Assembly: GCA_016217965.1 (NCBI GenBank)
Contig: JACRFI010000002.1
Span: forward strand, 1 to 60,294
Length of the DNA stretch: 60,294 bases
DNA from: Candidatus Kaiserbacteria bacterium
GTDB lineage: Bacteria; Patescibacteriota; Minisyncoccia; Phycocordibacterales; UBA2100
Direction of reading: 5' to 3'
Below the pieces are notes generated by a model. The model had not been told where the DNA came from, made no database searches, and was given only the letters and a program-made list of their open reading frames with translations. Below are positions 16,691-25,272 of this stretch, in pieces. The position numbers were made by a program, and so were the translations under genes. Position 1 is the stretch's first letter; each line of letters starts with the position of its first letter.

Positions 16691-17139
16691 TGAACCAAAA
16701 GCCGCTACTTGGGTACATTGCGATCGTGGTCCTGTTTGGGGCCGCGGCGTGCGGCTTGTACTGGCAAACGCTCGTTGAGAAAGAGCAGGTACGCACGGTA
16801 TTCATAGACGAGCTGCGCATACGTGCGACAGTTGCAGACACGCTTGCTGCGCGCGCAAAAGGTCTCAGTGGGCGGACAAGCTTGCCAGAAGGAGAGGGGA
16901 TGCTATTCATTTTCAAGGATGATGCTGCGCATGGGATATGGATGAAGGATATGTTGTTTCCGATCGACATTTTGTGGGTATCCAAAGAGAAGCAGGTAGT
17001 ACACATAGAGAGTAACGTATCTCCTGACAGTTACCCAAACGTGTTCAGGCCGCCATATGCTGCTCGATATGTCGTAGAGTTACCAGCGGGGGCCGCACAA
17101 AGAAATTCTGTTGTAAATGGAAGTGAGGTTGAATTCTGA
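16690..17139 (+). CDS. DUF192-family protein
   Basis: 149 aa. GLSGR..L...EGMLFIF......WMKDMLFPIDILW matches the DUF192 core. Confidence 0.7.
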   Translation: MNQKPLLGYIAIVVLFGAAACGLYWQTLVEKEQVRTVFIDELRIRATVADTLAARAKGLSGRTSLPEGEGMLFIFKDDAAHGIWMKDMLFPIDILWVSKEKQVVHIESNVSPDSYPNVFRPPYAARYVVELPAGAAQRNSVVNGSEVEF

Positions 17140-17145
17140 CACATT

Positions 17146-17178
17146 GCAAAAGCGAGCAGAAGCTTTCGCTCTGCTCGC
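17146..17178 (-). terminator. rho-independent terminator of rnpB
   Basis: On the minus strand, GCGAGCAGAGC-GAAA-GCTTCTGCTCGC is followed by TTTT. Confidence 0.6.
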
Positions 17179-17590
17179 CTTCGCTACGCTAGTAAGCCGG
17201 ATTTTGTCTTATCTCACCGAAGCCTTGGCGAAGGCGGATCTGCCTACGCTAAAGCTTCGGCAAGACGAAGCAACTATGTATCTAAGGATCGTTGTTGCCA
17301 ACAACCTCAAGCGGCTCTTCCAGCAGTGATTTCAATTGAGAATCACGGCTGGACGCGGCCTTGCACGCAGGTAGGAATTTTGCCGTTTCAATCTTGCGTT
17401 TCCACAAGCATCACCCCTTCGGGGGTCTCGGGCTCTCGCCCTCGACGTTTCTGCTCGCATCCCTATGCTCTCGCACGACGGGCGTTACCCGCTACCATTC
17501 TGCCGATTCCATCCGAAGAAGAAATTGGCGCGTGTCCGGACTTTCCTCTCCAGCTTTACGCCGGAGCAGCTGCCTTGCGCAGGCGAATAC
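17175..17590 (-). ncRNA. rnpB: RNase P RNA (bacterial type A)
   Basis: On the minus strand:
- GAGGAAAGTCCGGAC (CR-I/P4), reverse complement of 17533-17547
- ACAAAATCCGGCTTAC (CR-V/P4), reverse complement of about 17191-17206
- GGGTAACGCCCG (P11/12-like)
- P3 hairpin CTCCGGC-GTAAA-GCTGGAG
- 5' TCGCCTGCGC pairing with 3' GCGAAGGCGA as P1
The ends are approximate, +/-15 nt. The locus has no credible ORF. Confidence 0.88.
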
Positions 17591-17695
17591 TATGCCACAT
17601 TTTTTGCTGATTTTCCAATGTTGGCTGCGACAGGTGGATAAAGGAGCGGAAAATGGTTTCAAAAAAATGGTACAATCTGCGAATTGCCATCCGCA

Positions 17696-19963
17696 ATGCT
17701 TGAAGATATGCGCACATTCTCAGAGACCGCAACAAGATGGAGTCTGACTCTACTTGCCACGCTCCTGCCGCTTTTTGTGATTCCGGGAGCTGCGACGACG
17801 ACGCCTCAATCCAAGATGCTGCTCTCCAGTGTTCTTGTAGCGATTGCGGCGGTTTTTTGGACGATAAGCTTCTTTTATCGCGGTACGTTGCTTCCACGGA
17901 ATATGCTCGTTCTCGCCAGCGTGCTTCTCCCCATCACGTATGCGCTCTCTTCTCTCATTGCTGGTTGGCCGAGCTCTTCGATACTGAGCGGGCTTGGCGA
18001 GCAGGACACACTCGCGGCGATGTGTATTTGGTTTGCGTCGTTGGTCATTGCTGCCTCGGTATTCAGCGAGACACGTTCGCGCGTTTTTTTTCTCAGGGCG
18101 GCACTTCTTGGGGGGTTTGTAATGGCACTGTTTCAGGCGGCTCGGCTCTTTTTTCCTGAAGCGCTTTCGTTTGGGCCACTTACAAGCCAGATCTCGACGG
18201 TAGCCGGAAGTTGGCACGATCTTGGCATTGTCTTAGGCCTATTCGCTATCATCGGAGCGGTATTCTACAGGTCAGAAAGCAGCGCGCTGTGGCGATATGC
18301 CGCTCTTCTTGTCGCCTCGCTCTCATTTCTTTTTCTCATAGTGATAAACATGTCCGATATATGGTATGTGCTTGCGGGAGTGCTTGCGCTCATCACGGCA
18401 TATATGTGGTTCACTGCCACGATTTCTTACACAGAAAAATTCATGCTTCCTGGGCTTTGCATCGCCGCGCTCCTTCTTGGATATTTTGGCACCTTTGTCC
18501 ATGAGAACTTGCCTTCAAAGATGCAGGTCGTTGCGGTAGAGGTGCGGCCTTCGTGGAGTGGCACGTTTTCAATAGGGAAGCAGGCTCTTGAAGAGTCGCG
18601 CACGCTTTTCTTTGGGTCCGGGCCAAACACGTTTGTCCGGAATTGGGCGCTCCATAAGCCAGCATCAGTGAACGCAACACAATTTTGGGGATTTGATTTC
18701 AGTGCCGGAGTTGGCGTTGTCCCGACCGCTTTCGTAACACTTGGCCTCTTTGGGCTCATTGCATGGCTTCTGATATCGCTCACATTTTTCTTTTCGCTTT
18801 GGAGGCGGTTTCGGCAGCTTGAGCCACTTTCGAGTGAGTCGACAATGCAATTCGCAATTGCCGGTGCCGTACTATATCTTCTCGTATTCCATATTACGTA
18901 TGCGCCTGGCATAGCTATCTCGGCGCTTCTTTTCTTGTTTCTTGGGCTTTTCGCAGCGGCGCGTTCTGGTGTGGGGCAACTCAAGGAAGCGCCTTTGGTT
19001 TCAGAAACAGGAGAACGCGCTCAAGGTATATATGAAAAAGTCGTTGTGTGCATTTTTGCTGTGATCGCCGTAAGTGCATGTGGTATATCACTGCAAGCTC
19101 TTGCGTCTGACATTCAGCTGAATCAAAGCATTCAGGCGTATGCAAAGACCGGTGATATTGCCGCTTCGAGAAAAAAGATAGAGCGCTCTCTTTCTATATG
19201 GCCATCAAATGACAGAGCCCACCGGGCGGCGGTTGAACTTGGCATCTTGCAGCTCCAGGCACTTGCAGCGAGCCAGGATGCCGCAGAGCAGCAGCGCCTT
19301 GAATCCACACTCTCAGAAACAATCGGCCATGGCCTTGCGGCAGTTGAGATAGACAAGAACGATTACCAGAATTGGCTCACCCTGGCGATACTCTACCAGC
19401 AACTCGCAGGAGCGGGCATATCGGGCGCATACGAGCAGGCAAAGAATGCTTTTGCGAAAGCGCAGGAAGAAAATCCGACGAATCCGCTGCTTGCCTTTCG
19501 GCTTGCGCAGCTTGAGGCAGTGGAGGGGAACAGAGAAGTAGCGCTGAAGAATTTGAACGATGCAGTTACGATGAAGCCAGACTTCGCGGCCGCCTACTTT
19601 CTTGCATCGCAACTTTTTGCACAGGGAAGTCAGCTTCAAGAAGCAATACAATCCGCTGCAACCGCGGCGCAGCTTGTGCCTGATGATCCTCTCGCTTGGT
19701 ATAACCTGGGGACCATGCTCTACGCAGCAGGAAGGTATCCGGAATCGGCCTCAGCATTCGCGCAGGCAGTTAGTTTAAACAACGATTACTCAAACGCACT
19801 GTTCATGCAGGCGCTTGCGTTGAACCAATCTGGCGATGGAGAACATGCCCTCTCGCTACTTATGAGGGTGGCCGAACTCAATCCGAGCGACGGAACTATA
19901 CCCGTCATCATCCAGAATTTGAAGGACGGCAAAGAACCTCTTTCCGGACTCTCGGGCGCATAA
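17696..19963 (+). CDS. polytopic membrane protein (O-antigen-ligase/Wzy-like) fused to C-terminal TPR repeats
   Basis: About 450 aa with at least 10 TM helices, followed by about 300 aa of TPR-like repeats (AYFLASQLFAQGSQLQEAI..., AWYNLGTMLYAAGRYPESA...). The start is uncertain (17684, 17696 or 17708). Confidence 0.55.
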   Translation: MLEDMRTFSETATRWSLTLLATLLPLFVIPGAATTTPQSKMLLSSVLVAIAAVFWTISFFYRGTLLPRNMLVLASVLLPITYALSSLIAGWPSSSILSGLGEQDTLAAMCIWFASLVIAASVFSETRSRVFFLRAALLGGFVMALFQAARLFFPEALSFGPLTSQISTVAGSWHDLGIVLGLFAIIGAVFYRSESSALWRYAALLVASLSFLFLIVINMSDIWYVLAGVLALITAYMWFTATISYTEKFMLPGLCIAALLLGYFGTFVHENLPSKMQVVAVEVRPSWSGTFSIGKQALEESRTLFFGSGPNTFVRNWALHKPASVNATQFWGFDFSAGVGVVPTAFVTLGLFGLIAWLLISLTFFFSLWRRFRQLEPLSSESTMQFAIAGAVLYLLVFHITYAPGIAISALLFLFLGLFAAARSGVGQLKEAPLVSETGERAQGIYEKVVVCIFAVIAVSACGISLQALASDIQLNQSIQAYAKTGDIAASRKKIERSLSIWPSNDRAHRAAVELGILQLQALAASQDAAEQQRLESTLSETIGHGLAAVEIDKNDYQNWLTLAILYQQLAGAGISGAYEQAKNAFAKAQEENPTNPLLAFRLAQLEAVEGNREVALKNLNDAVTMKPDFAAAYFLASQLFAQGSQLQEAIQSAATAAQLVPDDPLAWYNLGTMLYAAGRYPESASAFAQAVSLNNDYSNALFMQALALNQSGDGEHALSLLMRVAELNPSDGTIPVIIQNLKDGKEPLSGLSGA

Positions 19964-19999
19964 CTTTTCAAGATGTTTCCCAGGAAGTAGTCTCTCTCT

Positions 20000-21718
20000 A
20001 TGATAGGAACCATCCGCCAAGGATTTGCCCTGACGGGAAGAGCGTTCGAATATTTGTCGAGAGAAGTACGCGGCATGCATGCAGCGGCGTATATGCTGGC
20101 TCTCTCCTCTCTCGTTTCGTCTCTTCTTGCACTCTTTAGAGATAGGCTACTTGCGCATACATTCGGCGCTGGCCATGAGCTCGATCTCTATTATGCAGCG
20201 TTCAGGATACCTGACCTCTTATTCGTTGGCATTGGCTCCCTCGTGTCTGCGTATGTTCTCATTCCAGTTCTCGCGAGCCGTGCCGAAGAAGCGCAGCGGC
20301 GATACATTGATGCGGTATTGGTCACCTTCTCGCTTATTGCCATCTGTGCGTGCGGCGTAGCGGCTCTTTTCTCTCCCGCACTTCTCTCGTGGCTTTTTCC
20401 CGCTCTATCGTCTGGCCCGTCATCTGGGACGCTTCTTTCTCTTACGCTCGTTTTGCTCATCCAGCCGGTACTTCTTGGGCTTTCGAATATTCTTGCCGCT
20501 GTAACCCAATTTCGCCACCGATACGCGCTCTATGCCTCTGCGCCCATCCTTTACAACCTCGGCATTATTATCGGCATAGTGGTGTTATATCCGCGAATGG
20601 GGCTCATTGGCCTTGGGTGGGGCGTGTGCCTCGGTGCGCTCCTCCATGGACTTATCCAACTTCCACCCATACTGAAGGAGGGATATGTACGCTCCATCTC
20701 CATACGCTTCGAGTTTAAAGCGATTGTGGGGACAGCTTTGGTCTCGGTCCCACGCGCACTTGCGCTTTCGATGGCGCAACTCGCATTCCTCGGACTCCTG
20801 GTTATAGCTGGAAGCCTTGCGGAGGGTTCAATTGCGATATTCATGCTCGCGTTCAATTTGCAGGCAGTCCCTCTTGCGATTATCGGGGCATCGTACTCTG
20901 TCGCAGCGTTTCCAACGCTCGCACAACTGTCGAAAAGCGGCTCAGCAGAGTTCGTGAATTACGTGGCGACTGCAGCTCGGCACATCTTTTTCTGGTCCAT
21001 GCCCGCACTATGCCTTGCCGTTGTGCTTCGTGCGCACATTGTCCGTGTAGTCCTTGGCTCCGGTGAGTTCGATTGGACAGACACCCGCCTCACCGCCGCT
21101 GCGCTTGCCCTCTTTGTCGTTTCTCTTGCGGCTCAGGGAGTATCTCTCCTTCTTGTGCGAGCATATTACGCAGCAGGGAAGACGGGCGTGCCGCTTTTCG
21201 TATCGGGGCTCACGGCACTAGGCACACTTCTTCTCAGCGTCTTGGCGCTCGGTGCCGTACGTGATGCTCGCGCGCTCCTTTTTCTTGAATCGCTTCTCAG
21301 GGTTGATTATGTTCCTGGAGCCGAAATGCTTGCGCTTCCGTTTTCCTACGCGCTCGCATCTATTATCGGCGCTGCCGCGCTAGCATACGTATTCGATAAG
21401 GAGTACAAGGGATTTCTCTCACTCGTGGGAAGGGCGTTCGGGGAAAGCTTGACCGCCGGCTTTCTTGGAGCGCTTGTTGCGTATGGTGCGCTGGTTATCC
21501 TTGGTACCGTCACGCTGACATCCACGCTCGCTTCAATACTTATGCGAGGAGGGCTTTCGGGCATAGCAGGGCTCGTCGTTGCCGCGTTTGTGTATTACGC
21601 GCTTGGGAATCGCGAATACTCTGAAACAGTGCAGGCTCTGGCGAGGAAAATATGGCGGGGTGGCGAGCCTATTTCATCTGGGGAAGATACGAACGCGACG
21701 CATAGCGCCGTTCTCTGA
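20000..21718 (+). CDS. murJ: lipid II flippase MurJ
   Basis: 572 aa, about 14 TM. LALFRDRLLAHTFGAGHELDLYYAAFRIPDLLF is the MurJ/MviN N-terminal signature. Confidence 0.85.
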   Translation: MIGTIRQGFALTGRAFEYLSREVRGMHAAAYMLALSSLVSSLLALFRDRLLAHTFGAGHELDLYYAAFRIPDLLFVGIGSLVSAYVLIPVLASRAEEAQRRYIDAVLVTFSLIAICACGVAALFSPALLSWLFPALSSGPSSGTLLSLTLVLLIQPVLLGLSNILAAVTQFRHRYALYASAPILYNLGIIIGIVVLYPRMGLIGLGWGVCLGALLHGLIQLPPILKEGYVRSISIRFEFKAIVGTALVSVPRALALSMAQLAFLGLLVIAGSLAEGSIAIFMLAFNLQAVPLAIIGASYSVAAFPTLAQLSKSGSAEFVNYVATAARHIFFWSMPALCLAVVLRAHIVRVVLGSGEFDWTDTRLTAAALALFVVSLAAQGVSLLLVRAYYAAGKTGVPLFVSGLTALGTLLLSVLALGAVRDARALLFLESLLRVDYVPGAEMLALPFSYALASIIGAAALAYVFDKEYKGFLSLVGRAFGESLTAGFLGALVAYGALVILGTVTLTSTLASILMRGGLSGIAGLVVAAFVYYALGNREYSETVQALARKIWRGGEPISSGEDTNATHSAVL

Positions 21719-21784
21719 GGGGTGGTACTCTGCCCGACACACGACTAGCGTGTGAACGGGCTTCGCGCACGCTACACTACACGT

Positions 21785-23563
21785 ATGAATATCCGAAATT
21801 TCTCAATAATCGCGCACATTGATCATGGAAAATCAACGTTGGCAGACAGAATGCTCGAACTCACGGGCACAATAGAAAAGCGAGAAATGCAGGAACAGGT
21901 GCTCGATAAGATGGACTTGGAGCGAGAGCGCGGCATCACGATAAAAATGGCGCCTGTTCGCATGGGGTGGAAAAAAGGTGGGACAGAGTATGTCTTGAAT
22001 CTCATTGACACCCCGGGGCACGTCGATTTTTCGTATGAAGTGTCACGTGCTCTCACCGCTGTTGAAGGCGTCATTCTCCTTGTTGACGCGACGCAAGGTG
22101 TGGAAGCTCAGACGCTCTCCGTGCTCTCTGTTGCGAAGGAGTTAGGGAGAATCATCATCCCGGTTGTATCGAAGATAGATTCTCCAAATGCACGCATAGC
22201 CGATATAACAACCGAGCTTGCCATCTTGCTTGGGATCGAAGAGACCCAGATCCTGGGTTGTAGTGGCAAGACGGGAGAGGGGGTCGGGGCTCTTCTTGAT
22301 GCAATAGTCGATCGCATACCTCCTCCCGACGTTCTGAACGTTGGTGCACAAGGACTCATTTTTGATTTCGGCTATTCTGACCACAGAGGTATCATCGTGT
22401 ACCTGCGCATCTTCGGGGGAGAGTATAAGAAAGGCGATTACCTCCGATTTGTTGCAGCGGATGCAGATTTTATCGCGCTCGAGGTGGGAGCACTTACGCC
22501 AAAAGAGACCCCAAGAGCGTCCCTCTCCGGTGGAGAAATAGGGTACATCGTGACCGGAATAAAAAAGCCTGGCATCGCATCGGTCGGCGATACGATAACG
22601 CAAGCGAAAAAACCCGCGCCCGCACTCCACGGCTACCAAGCGCCTACCCCAGTCATCTGGGCAAGCGTGTACCCAGAATCTCAAGACGATCTTTCAGTGC
22701 TGCGGCAGTCGCTAGACAAATTAAAACTTTCTGACTCGTCCCTTTCATACGAGGAAGAGTCGTCCGGGGTCATGGGCCGTGGTTTTCGGTGCGGGTTTCT
22801 TGGCATGTTGCATTTGGAAATCATCATCGAACGCTTGAGGCGGGAATTCAATATGGCGCTCGTTGTGACGCAGCCAACGACCGTGTATGAGATAACGAAA
22901 ACGAATGGCGCTGTCGAAGAGATATATGCCCCAGCTCGTTTTCCAGACGACGGCACGGCGAAGCTTGTCCGCGAAAAGTGGGCGAGTGTCACGATACTCA
23001 CTCCACCACCGTACATTGGTGCGATATCACAGCTGCTCTATGACCATGAAGCAGCTGTAGGCAACACAGAGACGCTTCCGGATGGGAAAGTGGAATTGCA
23101 CGCAGAAATGCCGCTTCGGGAACTAATGCGCGGATTTTTTGATCGCCTGAAGAGCGCATCTTCCGGGTTTGCGTCGCTTTCATATGAGATATTGGGCCTA
23201 AGAGAAGCGAATGTTGTGCGACTTGACGTCTTGGTGGCCGAAGAGATGGTTCCCGCATTCTCTCGCATTGTTTCCGAAAGACGTCTCAATACGGAGGCTG
23301 AGAATTTGGTGGAGAAATTAGAAGAGCTGTTGCCAAAGCAGCTCTTCGAGTTGAAGATCCAAGCGAAAGCACACGGTCGCATCATTGCATCGCGCCGCAA
23401 GAGCGCTATGCGAAAGGACGTCACCGGGTATCTTTATGGAGGTGACATTACGCGGAAAATGAAACTGCTCGAGAAACAAAAGAAAGGGAAGAAGAAGATG
23501 CTTGCCCGTGGCAAGGTCGATATTCCGAACGAGGTGTTTCTAAAAGTGGTTCGTGAGTCCTAA
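21785..23563 (+). CDS. lepA: translation elongation factor 4 (LepA)
   Basis: The start was moved to MNIRNFSIIAHIDHGKSTLADR. DTPGHVDF, the full LepA C-terminal domain and YGGDITRKMKLLEKQKKGKK. Confidence 0.95.
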   Translation: MNIRNFSIIAHIDHGKSTLADRMLELTGTIEKREMQEQVLDKMDLERERGITIKMAPVRMGWKKGGTEYVLNLIDTPGHVDFSYEVSRALTAVEGVILLVDATQGVEAQTLSVLSVAKELGRIIIPVVSKIDSPNARIADITTELAILLGIEETQILGCSGKTGEGVGALLDAIVDRIPPPDVLNVGAQGLIFDFGYSDHRGIIVYLRIFGGEYKKGDYLRFVAADADFIALEVGALTPKETPRASLSGGEIGYIVTGIKKPGIASVGDTITQAKKPAPALHGYQAPTPVIWASVYPESQDDLSVLRQSLDKLKLSDSSLSYEEESSGVMGRGFRCGFLGMLHLEIIIERLRREFNMALVVTQPTTVYEITKTNGAVEEIYAPARFPDDGTAKLVREKWASVTILTPPPYIGAISQLLYDHEAAVGNTETLPDGKVELHAEMPLRELMRGFFDRLKSASSGFASLSYEILGLREANVVRLDVLVAEEMVPAFSRIVSERRLNTEAENLVEKLEELLPKQLFELKIQAKAHGRIIASRRKSAMRKDVTGYLYGGDITRKMKLLEKQKKGKKKMLARGKVDIPNEVFLKVVRES

Positions 23564-23651
23564 TTCTGAACGAGGCCTGCCCCGTAGCCAACCGAGCAAA
23601 GCGAGGTTGTGGTACCGGGGTGTTCTTGAAGGTTGTTCGCGAGAGCTAGGC

Positions 23652-23741
23652 CTACCCAAGGAGGGCAATCACACCTGGCGCGAAGAAGAGCGTCATTGCG
23701 AGGGCGATAATGACGGCGAGGACCGCCCAAATGACCTTCAT
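23652..23741 (-). CDS. possible 29-aa hydrophobic micro-protein
   Basis: Minus strand reads MKVIWAVLAVIIALAMTLFFAPGVIALLG*, preceded by GGAAAG. It falls below the ORF-track length cutoff and has no homology support. Confidence 0.25.
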   Translation of the reverse strand: MKVIWAVLAVIIALAMTLFFAPGVIALLG

Positions 23742-23794
23742 GACTTTCCGTGTTCTATGATGAAAAAGAAAACTCACGGGGTATAGTATACGGG

Positions 23795-24166
23795 ATGGCG
23801 ATTTTTTCTCAAAGGAACGATCCTGTACGGCTTTTGAAGCGCCGGCTCTTGTTGGTAGTAATGCTCATATTAGTTGCGGTGGCTGTTCGCGGGGTGTGGG
23901 GTGTGTACCAGAAAGAAAGGGAGTCCAGACAGTTGCGAGAGGAAGCAGAATTCCAGCTTGAGGGGCTCGAAGGCCGAGAGGCGGCACTTCGCTCGGACCT
24001 CGCGGCTCTGAAGAGTGACCGAGGCATGGAAGAAGTGTTGCGGGAGGAATATGAGCTCGCAAAGGAAGGCGAGGGGCTTATCGTCATCGTGGAGCCGCCC
24101 GCTCCTCCACCGCAAGAAGCCTCTGCGGCGAGCCTATGGCTACATAAAGCGTTTCCGTGGTGGTAA
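23795..24166 (+). CDS. septum formation initiator (FtsB/DivIC-like)
   Basis: The start was moved to MAIFSQ. One TM helix is followed by a coiled coil (QLREEAEFQLEGLEGREAALRSDLAALKSD...EEVLREEYELAKEGE). Confidence 0.55.
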   Translation: MAIFSQRNDPVRLLKRRLLLVVMLILVAVAVRGVWGVYQKERESRQLREEAEFQLEGLEGREAALRSDLAALKSDRGMEEVLREEYELAKEGEGLIVIVEPPAPPPQEASAASLWLHKAFPWW

Positions 24167-24170
24167 ATTG

Positions 24171-24241
24171 TGCGGGCGAGGGGAATCGAACCCCTATCTA
24201 ATGCTTGGGAAGCATTCATTCTACCACTGAACTACGCCCGC
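24171..24241 (-). tRNA. tRNA-Gly (CCC)
   Basis: The reverse complement is GCGGGCG TA GTTC AGTGGTA GAAT G AATGC TTCCCAA GCATT AGAT AGGGG TTCGATT CCCCT CGCCCGC A. Confidence 0.9.
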
Positions 24242-24287
24242 ATGGTATACTTGTCTCGTTAACCGTCGTAAGAATACGAAATTATTT

Positions 24288-24533
24288 ATGCCGACACAAC
24301 CTCAGGTAACAATCTACACAACACCGACCTGCCATTTTTGCGGAGAAGCAAAGGGGTTTTTCCAAGAGCATAAGGTTGCATACACGGAGCACAATGTCGC
24401 GACGGATCTCGCTAAACGCAAGGAGATGATAGAGAAAAGCGGCCAGATGGGGGTTCCTGTTATATATGTCGGCGACCAGCTCGTTGTGGGGTACGACCAA
24501 GACAAGTTGAAACAGTTTCTCAGCATTCAGTAG
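24288..24533 (+). CDS. glutaredoxin-like protein (NrdH/YruB type)
   Basis: 81 aa. VTIYTTPTCHFCGEAK (CxxC) and GVPVIYVGDQLVVGYD. Confidence 0.85.
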   Translation: MPTQPQVTIYTTPTCHFCGEAKGFFQEHKVAYTEHNVATDLAKRKEMIEKSGQMGVPVIYVGDQLVVGYDQDKLKQFLSIQ

Positions 24534-24542
24534 AAATTGCTT

Positions 24543-24676
24543 GGATTGCGAATCTCTTTCTCGGCATAAATTTTTTGCCGTCGCTATCTGGCGCTGCTGC
24601 GCCAGCGCTCGGTCTCGGCCTCGTCAGGCCTGCGAAGACGGCAAAAAACTTACGCCTTCGACGAGTTTCGCAATCC
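24543..24676. repeat. branched-hairpin intergenic repeat, copy A1
   Basis: Outer stem GGATTGCGAAtCTC/GAGtTTCGCAATCC. Long stem GGCATAAATTTTTTGCCGTC/GACGGCAAAAAACTTACGCC. Inner hairpins CTGGCGC-TGCT-GCGCCAG and GGCCT-CGTC-AGGCC. The near-homologous copy is at 47051-47176. Confidence 0.8.
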
Positions 24677-24695
24677 TTAGTAGAGTAGTGTTGTT

Positions 24696-24767
24696 GCCCT
24701 CGTAGTTCAATGGATAGAACGAACCGTTCCTAATGGTTTGATGTCAGTTCGATTCTGGCCGAGGGCA
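24696..24767 (+). tRNA. tRNA-Arg (CCT)
   Basis: GCCCTCG TA GTTC AATGGATA GAAC G AACCG TTCCTAA TGGTT TGAT GTCAG TTCGATT CTGGC CGAGGGC A. Confidence 0.9.
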
Positions 24768-24795
24768 TTGAACAGCAGTGAGATGTCCTCGACCA

Positions 24796-24927
24796 GGAAG
24801 GGGGTCGGGGAACGGGAGTTCCCCGTGGAGGAAGGCAGCGAAGCGTTGGAAAACCGTGGGCGACCAAGAAAATAACGAGTGCAATGAGTATATTTTCTGA
24901 AGTACTCTTGTGGTGTTTCCAAAGTGC
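24796..24927 (+). repeat. tRNA-trailer element, copy R1 (candidate structured RNA)
   Basis: The ~60-nt core GGGGTCGGGGAACgGGAGTTCCCCGTGGAGGAAGGCAGCGAAGCGTTGGAAAaCCGTGGG starts 28 nt after tRNA-Arg. The same core lies 39 nt after tRNA-Phe. The closing strand GTGTTTCCAAAGTGC is displaced by a ~55-nt insertion. Confidence 0.6.
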
Positions 24928-25040
24928 CGAAGAGCACAACAGTTTCTCCACGTTAGGTTTGTGGATAACGTCTGATAGGGCGTTTCGAAATGCGGGGTAC
25001 AATTATGGGAATCATTATTTACAACACTAATAAGATAACC

Positions 25041-25271
25041 ATGGGTAAAAAACACCTTTTGAAGTGCTGGTTGTGGAAGATATTGTGGGGACTAAGCGTA
25101 CTCGCCTTTGCGTTGGCTTGGGTGAGCGTCCTTAGAAAAGCGCCGATAGGACAATTTGATCCTCTGTTCCTTTTCTGGAACGCGCTTATTCTTGGAGTCC
25201 TTGCCGTTCCTATAAAGCTCGATTGCCAAACATGCGAGACCTGTTCAGTAGCTCCGCCGAGAGCGATGTAA
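25041..25271 (+). CDS. small two-TM protein with a C-terminal CxxCxxC
   Basis: The start was moved to MGKKHLLKCWLWKILWGLSVLAFALAWV. The second TM is ALILGVLAVPI, and the protein ends DCQTCETCSVAPPRAM. No family recognised. Confidence 0.45.
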   Translation: MGKKHLLKCWLWKILWGLSVLAFALAWVSVLRKAPIGQFDPLFLFWNALILGVLAVPIKLDCQTCETCSVAPPRAM

Positions 25272-25272
25272 T

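Noticed and set aside
17326-17747. 94-aa and 128-aa ORFs in the gap after the DUF192 gene
   Set aside because: The region is the RNase P RNA gene on the opposite strand, with conserved P4 strands and a terminator. The ORFs have no coding features.
24830-24850. GGAGGAAGGCAGCGAAGC resembles the SRP (4.5S) RNA helix-8 motif GGAAGGAAGCAGC
   Set aside because: The flanking sequence does not form the SRP helix 8 with its GNRA tetraloop and symmetric or asymmetric loops. The element is also present twice, which an SRP RNA gene would not be.
24744-25055. Minus-strand ORFs (103 aa here, 72 aa at 25745-25963) sharing the peptide FQRFAAFLHGEL.FPDP
   Set aside because: The shared peptide is simply the translation of the conserved tRNA-trailer core. 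One ORF runs through tRNA-Phe and the other through tRNA-Arg, and neither has a sensible start context.
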